A stretch of DNA of 37,406 nucleotides from an uncultured Gammaproteobacteria bacterium (GTDB lineage Bacteria; Patescibacteriota; Patescibacteriia; UBA1558; 2-01-FULL-52-15): NCBI GenBank assembly GCA_964402565.1, contig CAYOCJ010000002.1, positions 475,425 to 512,830 on the forward strand, written 5' to 3'. A program made the position numbers and the translations under genes. Shown here piece by piece: positions 8,597 through 17,836 of this stretch; the first letter of the stretch is position 1; every line of letters begins with the position of its first letter. The notes under the pieces were generated by a model, which worked only from the letters and a program-made list of their open reading frames with translations, was not told the DNA's origin and ran no database searches.

Positions 8597-10887
8597 TGCA
8601 CACACAGACCTATCAAGTTGTGGGAATGCATTGCGCCTCATGCTCGACTATTATCGAGAAGACGCTCAAAAAAACTGAAGGCGTCCATGCAGTTGAGGCA
8701 AACTATGGCACCGAGAGTGCTAAGATCTCCTTCGATGAATCAAAAACAAATGCTCACGAACTTTCCAGTAAGATTGGTCCTTTTGGATATTCTCTAAAAG
8801 TTCCGACTGCTCACGAAATGGGCATGTCTGAAAGCGAACATGCGACTCATCTTGGTCTCGCCCAATCAAAGCAGGAAAAACTTCTTGAGGTTGCAACGAT
8901 GCGTCGAAAGTTAAACGTAGTGATACCGCTCGCTCTATTTAGTATTGGTATCATGTTTTGGGACATTAGCGCTCAGTTACAACTACTTCCAAACATGCCG
9001 CTTTTTTGGAAAGACTTTTTTCATCACCTACTTCCCCTATTCGCAACCTATACACTCTTTGTTGTTGGTATGCCCTATTTGCAAGGAGTCTATCGTTTCC
9101 TGCGCTATGGCGCTGCTAACATGGATTCTCTTATCGGGATAGGGACGCTTGCAGCGTTTTTATATAGCTTCATCATAACTGCGTTTGAAACGTCTTTACG
9201 ACCATATATCAACGTTGACCACACGTACTACGATGTCACGATCGTTGTTATCGCCTTTATAACACTCGGCAAATATCTTGAGGCTCGGGCAAAAATTAAA
9301 ACTGGCGATGCCATTGAGAAACTTCTGAATCTTCAGGCAAAAACGGCGCTGGTGATTCGTGATGGTAAAGAACAAGAAACTGCGATCGATAAGGTCGTCC
9401 ATGGCGACTCGGTAATTATTAAACCGGGCGGTCGCATACCGGTTGATGGCGAGATCATTGACGGATTTTCCTTCATCGATGAATCAATGGTGACGGGTGA
9501 GTCTATGCCGGTCGAAAAAAAAGTTGGCGATCTCGTAGTTGCCGGTACCATCAATCAAACAGGATCATTTATTTTCAAGGCAACAAAAGTAGGATCAGAA
9601 ACGTTACTTGCTCACATTATTAAGATGGTTCAAGAAGCGCAAGGTAGCCGCGCGCCAATTCAAGCATTAGCTGACAAGATCTCATCGGTGTTTGTTCCTG
9701 TTGTTATAGGACTTTCATTTTTAACATTGCTAGCTTGGCTCATATTAGGCACTGGGCCTCTTGGATTCTCACAAGCCCTCTCATACGGATTAGTCTCATT
9801 TGTCGGTATTCTAGTCATTGCATGTCCGTGTGCATTGGGACTTGCAACGCCGACCGCGATCATCGTCGGTGTTGGTAAAGGCGCGCAGGAGGGTATTTTG
9901 ATAAAAGACGCCGCAACCTTAGAGAAACTACATACTGTGAATACTGTGGTTCTTGATAAAACAGGTACGATTACGAAAGGTAAGCCAGAGCTTATTGATA
10001 TTCAAAGCACGTCGAATGTACCAGTTGAAAAAATGATCTCCATTCTCGTTGGTCTTGAAAAAAAATCAGAACATCCGATAGCTCATGCGATCGCAGAGTA
10101 CGCGAAAGATCGCACTGACGATGTTGCTTCTTCTGTCAATTTCGAATCTATCAAGGGCAAAGGGGTTGCTGGTACAATTGAGGGAGTTACGTATTTTGCG
10201 GGGAATAGTAAGCTTATCGAGGACCTGCATCTTTCATTTGATATGAAAAAACTTGAGAAAGAAATGGCTCAAGGGAAAACTCCTATCATACTTGCTGCCG
10301 AGGATCATGTACTGGGATACGCATTCGTCGCAGATGCGATACGAACAGAGTCGCGAGCTGCCATACAAGAGCTTCATTCAAATGGGATCCAAGTTATTAT
10401 GCTCACCGGCGATCATGCGGAAACTGCTCAAGCGATAGCACGCGAGGTAGGCATTGATGAAGTCATTGCCGATGTTTTGCCAGAGGATAAACTAAATAAA
10501 ATTAAGGAACTTCAGAATCAAGGAAAAATAGTTGCTATGGCTGGGGATGGCATCAATGATGCGCCTGCATTGGCACAAGCAAATGTAGGCATTGCCATGG
10601 GAACTGGCACCGATGTGGCAATCGAAACAGCCGGTATTACGGTTCTAAACGGAGATATTTCGAAATTAGTAAAAGCTATCCACCTTTCCAAACTGACGAT
10701 GCGAGGTATTAAACAAAATCTTTTCTGGGCGTTCCTGTATAACGTCGTTGGCATTCCGCTGGCTGCTGGTCTTTTTTACCCACTCTTTGGCTGGCTCTTA
10801 AACCCTATTTTTGCGGGTCTTGCTATGGCATTATCGAGCGTTTCAGTGGTCAGTAACTCCTTGCGTCTTAAAATGAAAAAAATCTAA
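8596..10887 (+). CDS. copA: Copper-translocating P1B-type ATPase
   Basis: N-terminal HMA 'GMHCASCS', TM6 'CPC' ('[11 protein letters not shown]'), the phosphorylation site 'DKTGTIT', and 'GDGINDAP'. Confidence 0.9.
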   Translation: MHTQTYQVVGMHCASCSTIIEKTLKKTEGVHAVEANYGTESAKISFDESKTNAHELSSKIGPFGYSLKVPTAHEMGMSESEHATHLGLAQSKQEKLLEVATMRRKLNVVIPLALFSIGIMFWDISAQLQLLPNMPLFWKDFFHHLLPLFATYTLFVVGMPYLQGVYRFLRYGAANMDSLIGIGTLAAFLYSFIITAFETSLRPYINVDHTYYDVTIVVIAFITLGKYLEARAKIKTGDAIEKLLNLQAKTALVIRDGKEQETAIDKVVHGDSVIIKPGGRIPVDGEIIDGFSFIDESMVTGESMPVEKKVGDLVVAGTINQTGSFIFKATKVGSETLLAHIIKMVQEAQGSRAPIQALADKISSVFVPVVIGLSFLTLLAWLILGTGPLGFSQALSYGLVSFVGILVIACPCALGLATPTAIIVGVGKGAQEGILIKDAATLEKLHTVNTVVLDKTGTITKGKPELIDIQSTSNVPVEKMISILVGLEKKSEHPIAHAIAEYAKDRTDDVASSVNFESIKGKGVAGTIEGVTYFAGNSKLIEDLHLSFDMKKLEKEMAQGKTPIILAAEDHVLGYAFVADAIRTESRAAIQELHSNGIQVIMLTGDHAETAQAIAREVGIDEVIADVLPEDKLNKIKELQNQGKIVAMAGDGINDAPALAQANVGIAMGTGTDVAIETAGITVLNGDISKLVKAIHLSKLTMRGIKQNLFWAFLYNVVGIPLAAGLFYPLFGWLLNPIFAGLAMALSSVSVVSNSLRLKMKKI

Positions 10888-10891
10888 TCCC

Positions 10892-11920
10892 ATGCTTCAA
10901 ACTTATACATTTCATGTGAGCGGCATGCATTGCAAAGCTTGTGAGACATTGACTGAGAGCGAACTGTGTGACATCAAAGGTGTTGCCAAAGCTCATTCAT
11001 CGCTTTCAACCAACACTGTTGAGGTTACCGGTGACTTCGGTGATACAATGCCCGGACAGATCGCCGAGAATCTAACGACCGTTCTCAAGCCACATGGGTA
11101 CACACTTTCAGTTGAAGCGCCGGCCCTAGAGAAAAAAGCACAATGGTCTGATTTTAGAGTTGCCGTGCCCATTGCTATAATTTTTATTGCTATTTTCATT
11201 GGGCTACAAAAGCTAGGCATTGTAAATCTTGTTACTACATCGCAGGTCGGTTATGGCACCGCTTTTATCATTGGACTTATCGCTTCCGTTTCAACGTGTA
11301 TGGCCGTTGTTGGCGGCCTAGTGCTTTCAATGTCAGCGAGCTTTGCTAAGGAGGGCGACACCGTACGTCCTCAGGTTCTCTTTCATGCGGGCAGGCTCAT
11401 ATCGTTTTTTGTCCTGGGCGGAGTGATCGGAGCCCTTGGTTCTGCATTTCAGCTTGGTTCTACAAGTATGTTTATCCTCAGCCTGGTTGTTGCGATTGTT
11501 CTTCTGATTATGGGTCTCAATCTTCTGGATATTTTCCCGTGGGTCAAGAAGCTGCAGGTAACTATGCCTAAATCCATCGGTAAACGGGTACATGGCCTTA
11601 AAAATGCGAATCACACGTTAACACCAGCGTTGATAGGAATTGCAACATTCTTCTTGCCATGCGGTTTTACACAGTCAATGCAGATTTACACGCTGACAAC
11701 AGGTAGTTTTATAACTGGCGCATTAATCATGGGATCGTTTGCGCTTGGTACATTGCCCGTCCTCTCACTTCTGAGTTTTGGCGCGCTGGGTATTCAAAAA
11801 AAGGCGCAGTCAGGCATATTCTTTAAGTCAGCTGGATTGGTTGTTTTATTCTTTGGCATCTTTAATCTTATCAATGCCTTGGTGGGGGTAGGTATTATCC
11901 CCCCGATATTTAGCTTTTAA
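10892..11920 (+). CDS. HMA-domain fused to a DsbD_2/TauE-like polytopic membrane protein
   Basis: N-terminal 'GMHCKACE' HMA fold followed by about 6-7 TM segments. Membrane-embedded Cys residues occur at 'SVSTCMAV' and 'FFLPCGFTQ'. Confidence 0.65.
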   Translation: MLQTYTFHVSGMHCKACETLTESELCDIKGVAKAHSSLSTNTVEVTGDFGDTMPGQIAENLTTVLKPHGYTLSVEAPALEKKAQWSDFRVAVPIAIIFIAIFIGLQKLGIVNLVTTSQVGYGTAFIIGLIASVSTCMAVVGGLVLSMSASFAKEGDTVRPQVLFHAGRLISFFVLGGVIGALGSAFQLGSTSMFILSLVVAIVLLIMGLNLLDIFPWVKKLQVTMPKSIGKRVHGLKNANHTLTPALIGIATFFLPCGFTQSMQIYTLTTGSFITGALIMGSFALGTLPVLSLLSFGALGIQKKAQSGIFFKSAGLVVLFFGIFNLINALVGVGIIPPIFSF

Positions 11921-11930
11921 TAAGCGTACT

Positions 11931-12320
11931 ATGAAAATAATTATTGGCATCGCAGTAGCAATCATACTTCTCATTGGTGTTTTTATGATCGGTAAAGGAT
12001 TTACATCGAGTCCTACAAGTCTTTCTGACAATAATAACGTACAGATAAGTGATGGTAAGCAAGTCATAGCAATAACTGCAAAAGGCGGTTATTCTCCAAA
12101 AGTCACTACTGCAAAGGCTGACTTGCCGACAGTCCTTAAAGTTTCTACGAATGGTACATTTGACTGCTCGTCAGGACTTAATATCCCCAGTTTGAACTAT
12201 CACAAAAATCTCCCTCCATCAGGAATCACCGAAGTGGAAGTGCCTCCACAAAAAGCAGGTACCAAACTCGCAGGTGTATGTGTAATGGGCATGTATAACT
12301 TTGCCGTGAACTTTAACTAG
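11931..12320 (+). CDS. Membrane-anchored cupredoxin-like (Cupredoxin_1-type) protein
   Basis: An N-terminal TM anchor, then 'GGYSP..........P..L.........C......P.........L........E.......G......C.MGMY', the pattern of small cupredoxin-like proteins that accompany HMA-DsbD_2 genes. Confidence 0.55.
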   Translation: MKIIIGIAVAIILLIGVFMIGKGFTSSPTSLSDNNNVQISDGKQVIAITAKGGYSPKVTTAKADLPTVLKVSTNGTFDCSSGLNIPSLNYHKNLPPSGITEVEVPPQKAGTKLAGVCVMGMYNFAVNFN

Positions 12321-12423
12321 CAACTAGAATTGCAGTTCGGACTTCCTGTACGATTCGGAGCCAGCAAAGAACAGTAGCCTATGCTAGTGTTTTTTGTTAC
12401 TATTATCATATCGTTTAATTCAT

Positions 12424-12864
12424 ATGGCAGAACTAAAGACAAAGGCAACAAAGGATAGCGTGTTAAAATTTCTCAACGCAATAAAGCCTGACGATAAGCG
12501 CAAGGATAGCCTTGCGCTGCTCAAGTATTTTATCAGGGCAACAGGCCAAAAACCTGTCCTCTGGGGCACGAGTATCATTGGCTTTGGCATCTTTCATTAT
12601 AAGTCCAAGAAAAGTTCACAAGAGGGAGACTGGTTCACTATAGGTTTTTCTCCTCGCAAGCAGAACCTCACGCTGTATATTTTGGGCGGCGTTAAAAAAG
12701 ATCCGTTATTGGCAAAGCTCGGCAAGTATAAAACCAGCGGAGGGAGCATGGGAGGCTGCCTCTATATCAATAAACTTGCTGACATTGATGAGAAAGTGCT
12801 TGCGGCATTGATCAAAAAATCGTATCAGCAGAAGAAGAAAATGTACGCCAAAATGTTTTCTTAA
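12424..12864 (+). CDS. DUF1801 (YdhG-like) domain protein
   Basis: 'V..FL..I..D.KR.DS..L...........P..WG.SIIGFG..HYK' is typical of DUF1801. The ATG at 12424 is preferred to the upstream non-ATG start. Confidence 0.6.
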   Translation: MAELKTKATKDSVLKFLNAIKPDDKRKDSLALLKYFIRATGQKPVLWGTSIIGFGIFHYKSKKSSQEGDWFTIGFSPRKQNLTLYILGGVKKDPLLAKLGKYKTSGGSMGGCLYINKLADIDEKVLAALIKKSYQQKKKMYAKMFS

Positions 12865-12887
12865 TAATCGATCTTATTATAAATAAT

Positions 12888-13313
12888 ATGAGCAAGAAAA
12901 AAACCACGAAGCTTCCGAAGATGTTCTCAAAGACAGAGCTGGCAGCGATGCGGGAGCGTGCGCGCGAATTGAGAGACCGGACAGATGGAGAGGCTGCGGT
13001 GCAGGCAAAGATCGCGACCATGTCAGAACCGGAGCGCAGCATGGCAAAAAAAATTCACGCATTGGTCAAAAAGTCAGCTCCCGCCTTGAAGCCGAAAACA
13101 TGGTACGGGATGCCTGCGTATGCAAAGGGCGAGAAAGTCGTTTGCTACTTTAAGAATGGGAAGAAATACAAAGAACGATATTCGACATTCGGTTTTAACG
13201 ATACAGCAAAACTCGACACAGGCAATCTATGGCCCACAAGTTTTGCATTGGTTAGATTGACATCTGCAGAAGAGCGGAAAATTTCAGCAATGGTCAGGAA
13301 GGCCGCAAACTAA
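12888..13313 (+). CDS. DUF1801 (YdhG-like / 'iron chaperone'-annotated) domain protein
   Basis: 'K.WYGMPAYAK.GKVVCYF......Y..R.STFGF' is a second DUF1801-type paralog. Confidence 0.55.
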   Translation: MSKKKTTKLPKMFSKTELAAMRERARELRDRTDGEAAVQAKIATMSEPERSMAKKIHALVKKSAPALKPKTWYGMPAYAKGEKVVCYFKNGKKYKERYSTFGFNDTAKLDTGNLWPTSFALVRLTSAEERKISAMVRKAAN

Positions 13314-13421
13314 AACGGCATAGGTCGCTTGCAGAAGTGTAAGCAATTGCTTTCTTTTGTGTCTTGACGAGCCAAGTAGATAGTAGTTCAATGCCTGTGT
13401 TACATATAACATAACCCAGGC

Positions 13422-14549
13422 ATGGCTTCATCAACTCAAAAAACCAGGATCCAAGAGTTGCTCTCTGTGGCCGGTATAACGATCGGAGGCACGCAGCCAT
13501 ACGACATACAGGTCAATGACGAGCGTTTCTACGCGCGCGTATTGCTTCATGGATCTTTGGGCCTTGGGGAAGCCTATATGGATGGCTGGTGGGATTGCGC
13601 TCAGATAGATGCGTGTATAGATAAGCTTATCAGTAGTCAGGCTTCTGATGATGCGGCGCGTTCATGGAAATTTATCGCATCCTATATTACCGCGGTACTC
13701 CTGAACCAACAACGTCGATCTCGGGCATTTGTCATTGGTGAGACGCACTATGACATTGGTAATGACTTATTCGAGCGAATGCTCGATGCGAACATGCAGT
13801 ATTCATGCGGCTACTGGAAAGATGTAGACACTCTTGATGCGGCCCAAGAAGCGAAACTTGATTTGATCTGCAGGAAGTTGAAGCTTGAAAAGGGTATGCG
13901 ATTGCTTGATATTGGCTGCGGTTGGGGAGGTCTTGCAGCATTCGCTGCACGCAACTATGGAGTGTCGGTCGATGGGTATACGGTATCAAAAGAGCAGGCA
14001 CAGTATGCGACAGCTCAGTATGCAGGGTTGCCCGTACAGTTCAACCTCGATGATTATCGTTCGATCAAAGGAGCCTATGATCGAGTCGTGTCAGTTGGCA
14101 TGTTCGAGCATGTAGGCTACAAAAACTATAAGACATTTTTTAACGTTTCAAAGAGCGCATTGAGGCCTGATGGGCTTATGCTCTTACACACCATCGGAGG
14201 TAATGTCACGACCGCGACGACAGATCCGTGGATACAGAAATATATCTTTCAAACAGGTATGATCCCTTCAATGAAACAGATCACGAGTGCCGTAGAGGGC
14301 CTTTTTGTCGTAGAGGATTGGCATAATTTTGGGGCCGATTATGACAAGACCTTGATGGAGTGGTATGCAAATTTCAAAGCAGCATGGCCGTCCCTGCAAG
14401 CAAACGGAAAGTATGATGAGCGTTTCCGCCGCATGTGGGAGTATTATCTCTGCGCCTGCGCAGGAGCATTCAGGTCCCGAACGATCCAATTATGGCAAAT
14501 TATGTTGTCGCCAAACGGTGTCAGAGGAGGTTATCGATCGATCCGGTAA
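13422..14549 (+). CDS. cfa: Cyclopropane-fatty-acyl-phospholipid synthase
   Basis: 'HYDIGNDLF..MLD..M.YSCGYW', the SAM motif 'LLDIGCGWGGLA', 'FEHVG..NY..FF' and 'R.W.YYL..CAG.F' are all present. The 375-aa length also fits. Confidence 0.85.
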   Translation: MASSTQKTRIQELLSVAGITIGGTQPYDIQVNDERFYARVLLHGSLGLGEAYMDGWWDCAQIDACIDKLISSQASDDAARSWKFIASYITAVLLNQQRRSRAFVIGETHYDIGNDLFERMLDANMQYSCGYWKDVDTLDAAQEAKLDLICRKLKLEKGMRLLDIGCGWGGLAAFAARNYGVSVDGYTVSKEQAQYATAQYAGLPVQFNLDDYRSIKGAYDRVVSVGMFEHVGYKNYKTFFNVSKSALRPDGLMLLHTIGGNVTTATTDPWIQKYIFQTGMIPSMKQITSAVEGLFVVEDWHNFGADYDKTLMEWYANFKAAWPSLQANGKYDERFRRMWEYYLCACAGAFRSRTIQLWQIMLSPNGVRGGYRSIR

Positions 14550-14552
14550 TTG

Positions 14553-15260
14553 CTATACGCCAGCTAACCTGATCGAAATATAAAGGACCAGAAGGCCCGC
14601 GATGGTCGTCAATGTCGTCCATCGGGAAGGATGATTGTGATGGCTCTCAGGCAACAGATCAGTCGCTCCGATATAGAGAAAGAATCCACAGAACATGGCG
14701 AGTATCAAGCCAAGGCTTGTCTCTGAGAGTGAGAAGAATAATGTGGTAATAACTCCGACCACTGGCGCTGTGGCGTCAATCATGAGCCATTTCAGAGCGC
14801 CCTGCTTATCGCCGTCATTTTTTAAAATAAGGTTCACGGTATTGATGCCATCAGAGAAATCATGCGTCAGTACCGCGATGGCCACTATAACTCCGACAGC
14901 AGCTGATACTTGAAAGGCGAGGCCTATAGCAAGGCCGTCAAGAAGACTGTGAATGGACAAGCTGCCTGCTCCGAGTTTTCCTCGCGCATGCCGGTCCTCA
15001 TCGGCGTGTATGCTGATAGCCCGGTCTAGCACCATGAAGATGATGAAGCCGAGTGCTACGATCGATGTCATTGTCCCTACGTCAAATGAGCCGCTCCCGA
15101 GGTTAATCGCTTCAGGCAATAAGTCAAAAAAAGCCACTCCAAGGACTGCTCCCGCACTGAAGCCAAGAATGAGATGTAATTTATCTTTGAATTTCAAAGC
15201 AAAAAGGCCGCCAAGCATGGTAGCGCCAAATGCAGCGATGCTAATGAGGATAAGTGTCAT
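14553..15260 (-). CDS. ZIP-family divalent metal transporter (ZupT-like)
   Basis: 'HSLLDGLAIG' and 'THDFSDGI' metal-binding TM motifs and about 8 TM segments. It is convergent with cfa across a 3-nt gap. Confidence 0.8.
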   Translation of the reverse strand: MTLILISIAAFGATMLGGLFALKFKDKLHLILGFSAGAVLGVAFFDLLPEAINLGSGSFDVGTMTSIVALGFIIFMVLDRAISIHADEDRHARGKLGAGSLSIHSLLDGLAIGLAFQVSAAVGVIVAIAVLTHDFSDGINTVNLILKNDGDKQGALKWLMIDATAPVVGVITTLFFSLSETSLGLILAMFCGFFLYIGATDLLPESHHNHPSRWTTLTTIAGLLVLYISIRLAGV

Positions 15261-15300
15261 ACTAAAAAGTCTAGCACAGGAAGATTACTATAGTCTAGAT

Positions 15301-15331
15301 AAAAGAAAACGGGGATCCCGGAGGATCCCCG
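15301..15331 (-). terminator. Rho-independent terminator (minus strand) after the 15347-16072 gene
   Basis: CGGGGATCC / GGATCCCCG 9-bp stem with a 4-nt loop. On the minus strand it is followed by TTTTCTTTT. Confidence 0.75.
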
Positions 15332-15346
15332 TCGTAGGGCACGATC

Positions 15347-16072
15347 TTACTCGATCGGATGCGGCTTCAGATCGGTATCGGCGAAATGCCGATTCGCGAT
15401 CTTCTGGTAGGTGTTCTTCAGCCACCGGAAGATGTTCTCGAACAAGTCGATGACGAAATCCTGGACGATGGTCCAGATCAGGGACCAGGGCCAGAACATC
15501 ATCCAGCGAACGATCATTTCCTTGTTCTGGGTCGCGGCAGGAATTTTGTACTTGGCGAGGTGTATTTGCCATTCTTGCGCCCATTGGTCAGGGATCTTGC
15601 CCGACTCGAGCGCGGCGATGATCGCCTTTTTCTCATCCTCGTCCTTGCCGCGAAGCGTGTTCGATCGTTTGTGATTTTCGTCATCGTCAATGTAACGGTC
15701 GCTGCGCGAGCTTCCGAAGAACCGATCTTTCGAGTTGATGAATTTGAGCGCACTTTGCAGGAACTCGCTTTTTCCTTCGTTGAACTCGCGTCGTTTTTTC
15801 GCGCCGTAGCGATCCCATTTCCAGAAGGAATAGAGGATGCCAGCGGCGATGTAGCTGAGCAGGATCAAAATGGTGTAGACCGGGTGCCCCGAGATCAAGG
15901 ACCAGATCGGCACATGGCCGACATACGACATGATCGCGATCGTCGCGATGACGCTGATGACTCCCCAGCCGGTATTTTCCGTAGCTTCGAACACGAAGAT
16001 CAGGAGCGATTCGACGATCAAGAGCAGCCAGAAACTGAACGTTCCCAAGGCAAACCAGGCAAGTTCGTGCAT
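15347..16072 (-). CDS. Hypothetical membrane protein (3 N-terminal TM segments, charged central region, 1 C-terminal TM segment)
   Basis: Plausible membrane-protein composition. The ATG at 16072 is preceded by GGAGG (GGAGGgtacATG). The ORF could extend to a TTG at 16147. Several long ORFs in other frames of this interval look like shadows. Confidence 0.55.
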   Translation of the reverse strand: MHELAWFALGTFSFWLLLIVESLLIFVFEATENTGWGVISVIATIAIMSYVGHVPIWSLISGHPVYTILILLSYIAAGILYSFWKWDRYGAKKRREFNEGKSEFLQSALKFINSKDRFFGSSRSDRYIDDDENHKRSNTLRGKDEDEKKAIIAALESGKIPDQWAQEWQIHLAKYKIPAATQNKEMIVRWMMFWPWSLIWTIVQDFVIDLFENIFRWLKNTYQKIANRHFADTDLKPHPIE

Positions 16073-16216
16073 GTACCCTCCATGTATATGGTAAGGAACC
16101 GGGACGTAAACGAAGGAATATAGTAACAAAATCAGCCCTTTTGTCAATGTCTCGAAATTTAAAAATGGGGTATACTATGCCTGTAAGAAATAGGCATTGT
16201 TTAAGTAATACAATGC

Positions 16217-16771
16217 ATGACAAACACCACTATGAAATTACAAAAAGCAATTTTTGGAAGCGGGTGCTTCTGGTGTACTGAAGCGGTCTTTCAGCGGTTG
16301 AAAGGCGTAACGTCGGTCATGTCTGGTTATGCCGGCGGTAATGCGCCGAAGCCTACCTATGAACAAGTCTGCAGCGGCACTACCGGACATGCAGAGGTGG
16401 TAGAGATCGAGTATGATCCTTCCGTCATCACGTATCGTGATCTGGTTGAGATCTTTTTTGCAACCCATGACCCTACTACGTTAAATCGGCAGGGCAATGA
16501 CACAGGCAGTCAATATCGTTCTACGATCCTGTATGCAAATGATGAAGAAAGAATAATTGCTGAAGACGTTATCAAAGAGCTAAGCGACGCAAAAGCATTC
16601 TCAAAAAATATCGTGACCGAAGTAAAACCCGCGACCGAGTTTTTCGCAGCAGAGGACTATCACAGGAATTATTACAATCAGAATGAGAATCAGCCGTATT
16701 GCCAATTCGTCATCGCGCCTAAGCTGAAGAAGTTCAAAGAAAAATACGCCTCACTCCTGAAAGAAGAATAA
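16217..16771 (+). CDS. msrA: Peptide-methionine (S)-S-oxide reductase
   Basis: '[13 protein letters not shown]....GV.....GY.GG....P.Y..VC.G.TGH.E.V...YDP' is present. An alternative start lies at 16235. Confidence 0.9.
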   Translation: MTNTTMKLQKAIFGSGCFWCTEAVFQRLKGVTSVMSGYAGGNAPKPTYEQVCSGTTGHAEVVEIEYDPSVITYRDLVEIFFATHDPTTLNRQGNDTGSQYRSTILYANDEERIIAEDVIKELSDAKAFSKNIVTEVKPATEFFAAEDYHRNYYNQNENQPYCQFVIAPKLKKFKEKYASLLKEE

Positions 16772-16786
16772 TGTTCGAGAAATGGA

Positions 16787-16818
16787 GAACCCCCGGCTGT
16801 ACCAGTCGGGGGTTCTTT
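16787..16818. terminator. Bidirectional terminator hairpin between msrA (+) and the serpin-like gene (-)
   Basis: GAACCCCCG / CGGGGGTTC 9-bp stem followed by TTT on the plus strand. It sits between two convergent stop codons. Confidence 0.7.
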
Positions 16819-16836
16819 GCTGCTCGACTCCTCCAA

Positions 16837-17718
16837 TTAGTCGAGTGATTTGGGAGCTTTCCAGTTGTCGACGCCGATGAAGCCGATGAACAGCGGCTGC
16901 GAGAGTCCTTCGCGGACAACCCAGAACAGGAATGGTCTTTTGACGATATAGATCGGGGGAGCGATGTCGGCCGATCCGATCAGCATACCGCTCATGCGCA
17001 CGCGAGACTCAATGCGAACGCCGATTTCATTGGCGCGGAGTTTGGTTTCTTGCTCAGCTCTGGTAATCGCAGCTGGATAGCCGATATCGCTTTGCGTCCA
17101 GATGCGTTCGATCCAGCTGATATCGGGACGTTCAATCAAGTCGATCATGGGGAATATCAATCCGGCATATTGTTTCTGCATCCGCCGAAGCGCTTCCTCA
17201 ATGCTTTTTGATCTTTCTTCTTGCAGCGTCAGGGCCAGGTCGAACAGTCCGCTGACCTGCGGTTCGGCGTCGAGCTCGGTCAAGTAGACCTTGGTTTTTT
17301 CATCGCTGGTCGCGATCTTCGCGACAGGGTAGGGATGCGGCGAGCTCCAGTGAAACCTGATGCAGCTTGATTCAAGTCGCAGAGCCGGGTATGTTTTTTC
17401 GTCAGCGGCGATCAGTGAATCTTTCGTGCCCGCCTTGAGCCAGCGCAGATTCAGGTCCAGTTTGCTCTCTGTCTCGAATGGCCTGAAAGGATCGTTTGGC
17501 ACGCTATTGAGCCAGAGCGCGCTACTCTTGATCTCAGGTATCGATTCGATCTCGTGCCGGCAGGGTGCAAAATGACGCTCGAGGAAAAGCATTTGCTCAG
17601 GGTTGTCCTTGACCCATCGCCGGTCTTTTCCCATGCCTTCGAGTTTTTCTGCGGCTACCAAGGCTGCAACGACCGGATACATGGTATAGGTCAAGCTGGT
17701 GCGTGCAAGTACGCTCAA
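16837..17718 (-). CDS. Compact, divergent serpin-like protein (probably non-inhibitory)
   Basis: C-terminal 'YIVKRPFLFWV' matches the PROSITE serpin signature at all but one constrained position (K where D/N/Q is expected). It is followed by 'PLFIGFIG'. Upstream are 'ANEIGV' (cf. 'EEGTEA' hinge) and 'LIFPMIDLIERPDISWIE' (cf. 'LPKF.IE'). The TTG start is preceded by the strong SD GGAGGTGATCC. Confidence 0.45.
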   Translation of the reverse strand: MSVLARTSLTYTMYPVVAALVAAEKLEGMGKDRRWVKDNPEQMLFLERHFAPCRHEIESIPEIKSSALWLNSVPNDPFRPFETESKLDLNLRWLKAGTKDSLIAADEKTYPALRLESSCIRFHWSSPHPYPVAKIATSDEKTKVYLTELDAEPQVSGLFDLALTLQEERSKSIEEALRRMQKQYAGLIFPMIDLIERPDISWIERIWTQSDIGYPAAITRAEQETKLRANEIGVRIESRVRMSGMLIGSADIAPPIYIVKRPFLFWVVREGLSQPLFIGFIGVDNWKAPKSLD

Positions 17719-17836
17719 GGATCACCTCCTGGAAAGTTGCATGTTAAAGAATAGGGACTTGATTACCCTAACAAAAACCATTGTATCGTCAAGTTTATCT
17801 TTACTTTTTGCACCCCATCTGCCAAGATATAGGAGC

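Noticed and set aside
14547-14555. cfa and the ZIP transporter converge with only a 3-nt gap and no terminator
   Set aside because: The observation is real but unremarkable in compact genomes. Termination may occur within the opposing coding sequence, and nothing further can be concluded from the sequence alone.
15268-15298. 7-nt direct repeat AGTCTAG (15268-15274 and 15292-15298) in the ZIP transporter promoter region, as a possible Zur-type operator
   Set aside because: It is short and a direct rather than inverted repeat. It does not resemble known Zur/Fur boxes and could easily arise by chance in an AT-rich promoter.
15359-16123. A 254-aa plus-strand ORF, together with ORFs at 15288-15584(-), 15411-15674(+), 15514-15753(-) and 15687-16223(-), overlapping the minus-strand membrane protein gene
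   Set aside because: The translations are R/D/E/P-rich and low-complexity, with no hydrophobic core pattern, SD or promoter. They are fully antisense or out of frame to a well-formed membrane protein that has its own SD and terminator. I treat them as shadow ORFs.
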